Below, one piece after another: positions 52,363 through 59,389 of a stretch of DNA of 64,000 nt. The notes under the pieces are model-generated. The model searched no databases and had not been told where the DNA came from. It saw nothing but the letters and a program-made list of their open reading frames with translations. The stretch is from Firmicutes bacterium UBA2203 (GTDB lineage Bacteria > Bacillota > Desulfotomaculia > Desulfotomaculales > Nap2-2B), in the NCBI GenBank assembly GCA_002327235.1, contig DCUX01000008.1, positions 62,845-126,844 on the forward strand, in the 5' to 3' direction. Every line of letters begins with the position of its first letter. The first letter of the stretch is position 1. The position numbers and the translations under genes were made by a program.

Positions 52363-53535
52363 ATGCTTCGACTGAAGATACCCCGGGACTGGCTTTTGGT
52401 TTTATTTCTGGTAATAATTGTTTGTCTATTTTTAAATCTAGCTTTACCCTGTTTTTTAAGCGGATTTTGGGGCACTTACGTGGTGCAGCCTGTTATCTGG
52501 GGATTACTGGTTTTTTTTATTTTGCGCCTGCCCAGGTATAAAGGGGCAGGGAAGCTGCGTCTGCGGAGCCTGTTAATTAAGCTTGCCGCCGGAATAGCCA
52601 TTTTTCAAATTTACCTTACCCTTATTGCCGGTTTTTTTGAAAAGTTTGGCCGAAGCCCAAATTCCTTTACTCCCAAAGGGATAGTAATTAATCTGGTCTT
52701 TGTGGCCACAAGTTTAGCTGGGATAGAGCTAAGCCGGGCTTGGTTAATTAACCGCCGGGCGCGAAAACCCTCAACCCTCCTACCTGTTTTTATCGCCCTG
52801 CTTTTTACTTATTTTTCCCTGCCGCCGGGCCAGATTCCTAAAATAAGCAGCAGCCTGGAAGTAGTAACTGAGTTTTTAGGGTCAACTTTTTTACCTACTT
52901 TTATGGAAAACTTGCTGGCCTCTTTTCTGGCCTTATGGGGAGGAGCGCTGCCGGCCTTGACTTACCGGGGGATAATCCAGGCTTTTAACTGGTTTTGTCC
53001 TGTTTTGCCCGACTTAAACTGGTTAATGAAGGCCTTTACGGGAATAATTGTACCGGTGGTAGGCCTGGTAATCATCCAGGAAATTTCCCTGGCTAAATCC
53101 CATCTTGCCCGGTACCGGAGACAAACGGGTAAGGGACTAACCGGATGGTTGATTACCAGTATCGGAATGGTAATCATGTTCTGGTTTTTCTTAGGCGTTT
53201 TTCCCGTTCACCCCACCGTAATTTTCACCGGCAGCATGCGGCCGGCCATAGAAGTGGGTGATGTGGTTATTGTGGCCAGGGTAAATCCTAAACTTCTGAA
53301 GGTGGGCGATGTTGTTCAGTTCCGCCTCAAGGAAAAAACTATTCCCACGGTGCACCGGATTATTGATACTCGCCGCGAAGGAAATAAATTACTTTACATT
53401 ACCAAAGGGGACGCCAACAATTATCCGGATACGGAACCGGTTCACCCGGAACAGGTGACAGGCAAGCAAGTTTTTATTATCCCCAAGGCAGGCTGGGCCT
53501 CTATTGCCGTTAAACAGTTGTTATCTAAAGGTTAA
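52363..53535 (+). CDS. SipW-type (ER/archaeal-type) signal peptidase I fused to a ~265-aa polytopic N-terminal domain
   Basis: The C-terminal 120 aa carry TGSMRPAIEVGDVV, TVHRII, ITKGDANNYPD (compare B. subtilis SipW SGSMEP..THRI..TKGDNN). It is preceded by about 8 TM helices of unknown family. Confidence 0.85.
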   Translation: MLRLKIPRDWLLVLFLVIIVCLFLNLALPCFLSGFWGTYVVQPVIWGLLVFFILRLPRYKGAGKLRLRSLLIKLAAGIAIFQIYLTLIAGFFEKFGRSPNSFTPKGIVINLVFVATSLAGIELSRAWLINRRARKPSTLLPVFIALLFTYFSLPPGQIPKISSSLEVVTEFLGSTFLPTFMENLLASFLALWGGALPALTYRGIIQAFNWFCPVLPDLNWLMKAFTGIIVPVVGLVIIQEISLAKSHLARYRRQTGKGLTGWLITSIGMVIMFWFFLGVFPVHPTVIFTGSMRPAIEVGDVVIVARVNPKLLKVGDVVQFRLKEKTIPTVHRIIDTRREGNKLLYITKGDANNYPDTEPVHPEQVTGKQVFIIPKAGWASIAVKQLLSKG

Positions 53536-53652
53536 GTAACTACTCAGGCACAAAGGGGCAAAGGCACAGAGGCACAAAGTTTTTTGCCAGATTTACATAT
53601 CTTTATACGCTTTCATTTCTCTTTGGACCTTCGTGCCTACCTGAATAGTTAC
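53536..53652 (+). mobile_element. MITE-like repeat, copy 4 (117 bp)
   Basis: GTAACTACTCAGGCACAAAGGGGCAAAGGCACAGAGGCACAAAG ... CCTGAATAGTTAC. Begins at the nucleotide after the sipW-like stop codon. Confidence 0.85.
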
Positions 53653-53688
53653 AAGGTTAAATCTAAAATACCAGGAGGGAATGTTTAA

Positions 53689-54747
53689 ATGCAAGTTAAA
53701 AAAAAGCAGCTGGGGAAAAAAATTCGTCAGGCACTGCTAGGAGCCTTATTGGTTTTATTTGTCGCTTCTATCTACACCCTGTACTTTTTTTACCATAAAT
53801 CCACGGTAATAGAAAAGAGCATCCCCGCTTACCGTTACCAACAAAAAGGAGAGCTTGCCTACCTGGTAAAACTTAAACCAAACAACATTTACCCGGAGCC
53901 AATCCTTGGTCCAGGAAAAACTTATTTTACCAAACTAATTGACCAGATTAACCTTTCCTTCAACTACCGGTTTAGCGGGGATAAAGCCGCGTCCTTAAAA
54001 GGGGCATACAATATTGTGGCCACCGTTGAGTCTCCGGAAATGTGGCGTAAGGATTTTGTCCTCGTTCCGCAAACGGGACTTACCACCGAAGGGAAAACAT
54101 TAACCTTTAATAAAAATTTTTCCCTTAACCTGGTTTCCTTTCACGAGTTTTTAAAAATGATTAATGAAGAATCAGGGGTAAGCGCCCGGGAACCAAAATT
54201 AATCATTAAAGCAAATGTTTATCTTAGGGCCGCCTCTAAAGAGGGGCTGGTAAATGAAGGCTTAGCTCCCACTATGATTATTCCCCTGACCTCGGGCGAA
54301 TTTAAAATTGGGGGGGAAAATTCAACTCAAAAAAGCGGTTCTCTTTCTAAAACAGTGGTAGTAACCGACCCGGCCGTAAAAAAGAAAAGAACAGCCGCTT
54401 TAATTCCCGCGCCGATGCTAGGTCTGCTTTTAATATTATTTTTCTTTTTTACCGAAAACAAATTGGGGGAAGTTGACGAAAGAAAAAAGGTTATTGATTT
54501 AATTTGGAGAAAGTACGGGGAGCGCCTGGTGAAAGTCCAGGAAAAGGTTTTACCGACAGAAAAACTAAATATCATTCCCCTTAACTCCCTGGAGGACCTG
54601 GTTAAAGTGGCCGATGAGCTGGGCAAACCGGTTATATACCAGGAAAAGGCCAACCCCGGGGATTTCCCTGTCTTGTATGTCTTTGAAAGTTCAATAGCTT
54701 TTAAGTATCAACCAGGTACGGATAAGGATATTGGTCCAGGTCATTAA
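53689..54747 (+). CDS. Two-TM membrane protein of unknown function, last gene of the TasA/SipW cluster
   Basis: 352 aa. TM1 at residues ~15-35, a ~220-aa extracytoplasmic region, TM2 AALIPAPMLGLLLILFFFF, and a ~95-aa cytoplasmic tail. I suspect but cannot verify DUF5305-type. Confidence 0.5.
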   Translation: MQVKKKQLGKKIRQALLGALLVLFVASIYTLYFFYHKSTVIEKSIPAYRYQQKGELAYLVKLKPNNIYPEPILGPGKTYFTKLIDQINLSFNYRFSGDKAASLKGAYNIVATVESPEMWRKDFVLVPQTGLTTEGKTLTFNKNFSLNLVSFHEFLKMINEESGVSAREPKLIIKANVYLRAASKEGLVNEGLAPTMIIPLTSGEFKIGGENSTQKSGSLSKTVVVTDPAVKKKRTAALIPAPMLGLLLILFFFFTENKLGEVDERKKVIDLIWRKYGERLVKVQEKVLPTEKLNIIPLNSLEDLVKVADELGKPVIYQEKANPGDFPVLYVFESSIAFKYQPGTDKDIGPGH

Positions 54748-55009
54748 CCAGCTCATCTACATTATTGAACGATTTAACTCTTCCGGCCTTTATGTCTTCT
54801 TCCGCTTCTTTCTCCCCTTTTTGCCATTCTTTTGTCCAAAACCAGGCCTGCTCCGCCGGAATAATCTTCATGGGAACAAGAATAACTTTATTATCTTCTA
54901 TCTGCACCTGAAAGATATCCCCATCGCTTAGCGGCAGGTGTTTTTTTAAAAGTCCCAAACTAACAATCCCACGCTTTTGGACCATTATATTACCGATTAT
55001 TTTACCCAT
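54701..55009 (-). CDS. AbrB/MazE/SpoVT-family DNA-binding protein
   Basis: 102 aa from MGKIIGNIMVQKRGIVSLGLLKKHLPLSDGDIFQV (swapped-hairpin barrel signature). GGAGGGA SD. Its 3' end overlaps the convergent upstream gene by 47 nt. Confidence 0.7.
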   Translation of the reverse strand: MGKIIGNIMVQKRGIVSLGLLKKHLPLSDGDIFQVQIEDNKVILVPMKIIPAEQAWFWTKEWQKGEKEAEEDIKAGRVKSFNNVDELVNDLDQYPYPYLVDT

Positions 55010-55184
55010 AGCATATCCCTCCATTCATTATTCCGTATAGCTGTTTTGCAGTTATCAATTATTCTGTTCTGCTGCAATTATAGAATAAAAGTTAGCTTTG
55101 GTCAACAGATGAAATTGAAAGATTTGCCCTTAGTAAATTATAATTTATAATGGATGTGAAGAATAGTTTAAATTTGGGGGAACT

Positions 55185-55790
55185 ATGATTTTAGAAATAG
55201 TGCAACTGCCTGACCCCAAATATGACGGCCCTACCTCAATTGAAACGGCTTTGTACGCCCGAAGGTCGGTCAGGGATTACCAGGACTTACCACTTACCCT
55301 GGCTGATGTAAGCCAGCTTCTTTGGGCGGCCCAGGGAATTACCAGCCCAGGAGGTTATAGAAATGCTCCTTCGGCCGGCGCCCTTTACCCCCTGGAGGTT
55401 TATCTGGAAGTGGGAAAGGTAAAGGAGCTTTCTGCTGGCATATACAAATACGCGCTTTTTAAACATGAACTGGCAAAACTTATAGACGGGGATAAAAGAA
55501 ATGCCTTAATTAGGGCGGCTATAGGGCAGTCCTGTGTAAAAAACGGGGCCATAAACATTATTTTATCTGCCGTGTACGAACGGGTAACCAGAAAATACGG
55601 GGAAAGAGGTATCAGGTACGTTTATATGGAAGCCGGCCACGCCGCCCAAAATGTTTGTCTTCAGGCAATTTCTTTAAGCTTAGGAACAGTAGTAGTGGGA
55701 GCGTTTAAGGATGTTGAAGTGCAAAAAGCAGTCAACATGCCTGACCAAGAGCATCCTTTATATATTATCCCGGTGGGAAGAATTAAATAG
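55185..55790 (+). CDS. Nitroreductase-family oxidoreductase (SagB-type domain)
   Basis: 201 aa. RRSVRDY, LLWAAQG, PSAGALYPLEVY segments. Confidence 0.75.
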   Translation: MILEIVQLPDPKYDGPTSIETALYARRSVRDYQDLPLTLADVSQLLWAAQGITSPGGYRNAPSAGALYPLEVYLEVGKVKELSAGIYKYALFKHELAKLIDGDKRNALIRAAIGQSCVKNGAINIILSAVYERVTRKYGERGIRYVYMEAGHAAQNVCLQAISLSLGTVVVGAFKDVEVQKAVNMPDQEHPLYIIPVGRIK

Positions 55791-55977
55791 ACCTTATTTT
55801 GGTTTAAAAACAGGGGTGAAGTAATTTTATTTTTTCAAGTAATTTTATAAAAAAAGATAATAAAAATATTGAAAAATATATTGACAGAATAATATGAATA
55901 TATTATATTTTAATTGTAATATCTAGTTATTTTATTTAAATTTATGACTAATAAGCTAGAAAGGAGGATGAGGTGAA

Positions 55978-56319
55978 ATGACGTGGATAGGGATTATTAC
56001 GCGTTTTGTGGTCGCGGCAGTAATTTTAGGTATTGTCTGGTTAATTCCTGGCCTGGTTAATCTAGGTACACTGGGCGGAATTTTAGCCGCGGCGGTGGTT
56101 ATCGCGGCCTTAGGCTATGTGGTAGAAGGGCTCTTAGGTGGCCAGGTAACTGCTCGAAACAGAGGAATTATTGGTTTTATTGTAACTTTTGTAGTCATTT
56201 ACCTGGCGCAGTTTGTAATGCCGGCCCTTTTACAGGTTGGTCTGTGGGGGACTCTAATTTGCGCCGTTGTGGTCGGGGTCCTGGATGTTATTCTGCCCGA
56301 GAGAATTAAGGCTAAATGA
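55978..56319 (+). CDS. Small polytopic membrane protein (possibly holin-4/DUF360-like)
   Basis: 113 aa, 3-4 TM helices, Gly/Val-rich. The family call is tentative. Confidence 0.4.
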   Translation: MTWIGIITRFVVAAVILGIVWLIPGLVNLGTLGGILAAAVVIAALGYVVEGLLGGQVTARNRGIIGFIVTFVVIYLAQFVMPALLQVGLWGTLICAVVVGVLDVILPERIKAK

Positions 56320-56334
56320 ATTAAATAGGTACCT

Positions 56335-56366
56335 GCCCTGCGTAAACCGCAGGGCTTATTTTTTTC
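56335..56366 (+). terminator. Intrinsic terminator
   Basis: GCCCTGCG-TAAAC-CGCAGGGC followed by TTATTTTTTT. Confidence 0.75.
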
Positions 56367-56435
56367 CGGTTAGACCTTTTTACGCTACCTTTATTTTATA
56401 TAAATGGCATTTTCGCGTAGCCGTCAAACTGAAAT

Positions 56436-57191
56436 TTACTTATTATTGATTCCGCAAACGGGACATCTAGGGTTTCTTTTAATTTTAAGCTTAAAAAATT
56501 CTAAATTTAAAGCATTATAGATCAAAAGCTCGCCAACTAATAATTTTCCTTGCTGTAAGATAAATTTAAGCGCTTCCGTGGCTTGAATTACCCCTATTAA
56601 CCCGGGCAGGACCCCTAAAATACCTACTTCCTTATTAGAAGAAATTGCCTCGGGCGATGAAAGTTTAGGATAGAGACAGTGGTAACAAGGCCCTACACCA
56701 GGAAGAATAGTCATGGCCTGTCCTTCAAAATTTGATACGGCGCCGTAAATCATGGGTTTTTGCGTAATAACGCAAGTCTTGTTGGTTAAATAACGGGTGG
56801 CAAAATTATCACTACAATCAACTACTAGGTCATAATTCTGGATAAGCCTTAAGGCGTTGGCGGCGGTCAGGTTTTCCTGGTAGGTGACAATTTCAATTTC
56901 CGGGTTTAAAGCCGTTAACGTTTGCCGGGCGGAAACAACTTTTGGCTCCCCCAACCGGGACGTCTGGTGTAAAATCTGGCGCTGTAAATTACTACGCTCC
57001 AAGCGGTCACCATCAACAAGGCCAATTTTTCCTACCCCGGCCGCCACCAAATAATAAGCCGCTGCCGAGCCCAAGCCACCTGCTCCAATTAATAGAACCT
57101 TGGCTTTCAGAAATTTTTTTTGCCCTTCCTCCCCTATTTCAGGAAGTATAATTTGGCGGTGGTACCTATCTTTTTGTTCTTTTGTAAGCAT
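56436..57191 (-). CDS. ThiF/MoeB/HesA-family E1-like adenylyltransferase
   Basis: 251 aa. RYHRQI, LLIGAGGLGSAAAYYL nucleotide loop, Zn-site CYHC ... CPVC. No rhodanese domain. Confidence 0.85.
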   Translation of the reverse strand: MLTKEQKDRYHRQIILPEIGEEGQKKFLKAKVLLIGAGGLGSAAAYYLVAAGVGKIGLVDGDRLERSNLQRQILHQTSRLGEPKVVSARQTLTALNPEIEIVTYQENLTAANALRLIQNYDLVVDCSDNFATRYLTNKTCVITQKPMIYGAVSNFEGQAMTILPGVGPCYHCLYPKLSSPEAISSNKEVGILGVLPGLIGVIQATEALKFILQQGKLLVGELLIYNALNLEFFKLKIKRNPRCPVCGINNK

Positions 57192-57198
57192 TATATTT

Positions 57199-57732
57199 TT
57201 ATTGTTCTAGTCCGGTAAAAATAGCATCTTCATTTTCATAAAGGGCTTTAACCCGTTGACGGGCGTCTGCTCTAACATTTTCCGCCTCTTCTGGACTTAA
57301 GTTTTGAGAAGCAATCCAATTTTCCAGCAGCCTCCCGCCTGGCGACCACATTTCCCACGTTTCACGCTCATAAAACCATGCTTTTAGATTAGCCCCGAAA
57401 TTTTCTATAATCTTCCACACTTCTTCTCTTTGCCGGTCATCACAGTAAACACACATGACACACTCTTCCATTCCCAAGTGATTTAAAGGAACCCGGTCAT
57501 ATTTAACACAAGGAATAACTCCTTTTTCAACGTAAGGGTCAATATTTTTGGCTAGAGTGTCAATCTCCGCGCGCGTTCCGGTAAGCACCCATTTCCCCCA
57601 ATGCTCTAAATATTCTTTATTTGTTAAAGGTTTTCCCTGGTAGGCAATATAGTTATGTCCGTGAAAAGCAGCCGGGTGAAAAAGAAAGATAAAATGTGAT
57701 TCTGGCCGGTCAACAATCATCTTATATCTCAA
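57199..57732 (-). CDS. Uncharacterised Cys-containing protein embedded between the Ubl and E1 genes
   Basis: 177 aa. HWGKWVL...IDTLAKNI...GVIPCVKY....EECVMCVYCDD..REEVWKIIENFG. The pattern reminds me of Bles03/DUF1917-type proteins, but this is unverified. Confidence 0.5.
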   Translation of the reverse strand: MRYKMIVDRPESHFIFLFHPAAFHGHNYIAYQGKPLTNKEYLEHWGKWVLTGTRAEIDTLAKNIDPYVEKGVIPCVKYDRVPLNHLGMEECVMCVYCDDRQREEVWKIIENFGANLKAWFYERETWEMWSPGGRLLENWIASQNLSPEEAENVRADARQRVKALYENEDAIFTGLEQ

Positions 57733-58004
57733 CCTCCCGCAATGGCCTGAATAATAGTAATTTCATCCCCATTTTTTAAAGGCGTATTTATACCTTGAAG
57801 ATAACTTATGTTATCTCCGTTAACGTAAACATTTAAATCCCCCAGCATTTCTCCCTGTTCGTTACATACTTTACCCTTTAAGCCCGAATATTGGGCTTCA
57901 AGCTGGTTTAAACAATCCGCAATATCTTTAGCTTCACAGACTATTTCGTTTCTACCCCTGGTTAAATGACATAATGAGCTCTGTATTCTAACGGTAATAC
58001 TCAT
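57729..58004 (-). CDS. MoaD/ThiS-family ubiquitin-like sulfur-carrier protein (C-terminal GG)
   Basis: 91 aa from MSITVRI... ending ..LKNGDEITIIQAIAGG-stop. AGGGGGAA SD. 4-nt overlap with the downstream gene. Confidence 0.75.
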   Translation of the reverse strand: MSITVRIQSSLCHLTRGRNEIVCEAKDIADCLNQLEAQYSGLKGKVCNEQGEMLGDLNVYVNGDNISYLQGINTPLKNGDEITIIQAIAGG

Positions 58005-58030
58005 CCAATTCCCCCTTTGGAAATGAAAAT

Positions 58031-58087
58031 GTATAGAGATCTGCAAGTGGCAAAAAAACTTTGTGCCTTTGCCCCTGATTAGTTACT
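58031..58087 (-). mobile_element. MITE-like repeat, copy 5 (half element, reverse orientation)
   Basis: GTATAGAGATCTGCAAGTGGCAAAAAAACTTTGTGCCTTTGCCCCTGATTAGTTAC matches the reverse complement of the left half of copy 4. Confidence 0.7.
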
Positions 58088-58232
58088 AAAATTATAAATT
58101 ATAAAAATTATTTTGGCAAATTAATTTAGTAACACTTTATAACTTTTTTCCGTTTTAAAACCTTTCCCCGCTTGCTTTTTTAACTTAAAAGAAATAAAAT
58201 TTAGGGCAAAATAAGAGAGAGGCTTTAGCGCC

Positions 58233-58511
58233 ATGTTACGTAAGCATGTATACCTTAGCGGCCAGGTGCAGGGGGTTTATTTCCGGGAGCACACCCGCCA
58301 GGTGGCCCAAAAACTTAATCTTACCGGCTGGGTAAGAAATTTAAGGGATGGCCGGGTAGAAGCAGTTTTTGAAGGTTCCGGGCCTGCGGTGACCGAAATG
58401 TTATGGTGGTGCGCCCAGGGCCCGCCGTCCGCCAGGGTGGAAAAAATAGAAGAAACTAGTGAGACCTACCGTGGTGATTTTCTTGATTTTAAAATTCTCC
58501 CTACTAAATAA
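58233..58511 (+). CDS. acyP: Acylphosphatase
   Basis: 92 aa. SGQVQGVYFR and GWVRNLRDGRVEAVFEG signatures. Confidence 0.9.
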   Translation: MLRKHVYLSGQVQGVYFREHTRQVAQKLNLTGWVRNLRDGRVEAVFEGSGPAVTEMLWWCAQGPPSARVEKIEETSETYRGDFLDFKILPTK

Positions 58512-58538
58512 TTAAAATATCTAATTAAATTATCTTAA

Positions 58539-59285
58539 TCACCCTATTTTAGGTAACCAGCTAAAAAAGACTTCCCAAACCTGACGGTAGGTAGTGGTAA
58601 ACTGGTGGTCACCCCCTTCAACCCAGGCTAATTCTTTAGGCTGGCCGGCCGCCCGGTAAATTGCTTCCGCCTCAAAGCTTGAAACTACCTCATCCTGAAC
58701 ACCATGGATTATTAATAAAGGCCGGGGGGAAATTAAAGAAGCGCAATGGGTTATATTGTATTTTTTAATATCTTTTAAAAAGTCGTCTTTAAGTACAACA
58801 ACCTTATTTTCCGTTAAAGCCTTTTCTGTTACGTCCTGAAGAGGTTGCGGGTGACCAATAACGAGCCTTTCCAACATTGCCGGGGCGGCCCAAATGCAAA
58901 CACCTGCAACCCTATAGTCACAGGCAGCTAGTGCCAAAGCAGTTGTGCCGCCAAAACTGCGTCCCTGAACAATAATAGGACTGAACCCCTGCTGGCGGCA
59001 CCATGACACTGCATTTGCCAAATCATCTATTTGTCTGGTTAAGGTAAGTTCTTTAAAAATACCTTCACTTTCCCCCGCCCCGGTAAAATCGAAAAGAAAT
59101 GTTGACCAGCCATGACCCGCTAATTCCTCAGCCATTTCCATCGCCCGTCCTCTTCCTTCCTTACTTCCCGCTAAACCATGACAAACCACAACCACGGGTC
59201 CTCTTTTTCCTGCCGTAAAGTAGCAAAGGCCGGCTAACTTTAAACCCCTTGAATTATTAAAACTCACTTTACGCCACTGATACAT
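58539..59285 (-). CDS. Alpha/beta-fold hydrolase
   Basis: 248 aa. Nucleophile elbow GRSFGG, C-terminal ..IIHGVQDEVV.. and ..GGDHQF (His). Confidence 0.8.
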   Translation of the reverse strand: MYQWRKVSFNNSRGLKLAGLCYFTAGKRGPVVVVCHGLAGSKEGRGRAMEMAEELAGHGWSTFLFDFTGAGESEGIFKELTLTRQIDDLANAVSWCRQQGFSPIIVQGRSFGGTTALALAACDYRVAGVCIWAAPAMLERLVIGHPQPLQDVTEKALTENKVVVLKDDFLKDIKKYNITHCASLISPRPLLIIHGVQDEVVSSFEAEAIYRAAGQPKELAWVEGGDHQFTTTYRQVWEVFFSWLPKIG

Positions 59286-59327
59286 AAAACTTAACCTCGC
59301 TTTTAATATCCGTTAAATTGGTAGATT

Positions 59328-59363
59328 CGCAGTAGGGACGTTAAATTTAACGCCCCTACTGCG
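59328..59363. repeat. Palindrome CGCAGTAGGGACGTTAAA|TTTAACGCCCCTACTGCG (GGGCGT palindrome family), likely terminator
   Basis: 18-bp arms with one A/C mismatch. Core GTTAAATTTAAC is identical to 3958-3983. It follows the stop of the 59390-61549 gene. Confidence 0.75.
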
Positions 59364-59389
59364 TTTTAGAAAAGAAAGAAATACTTTCT

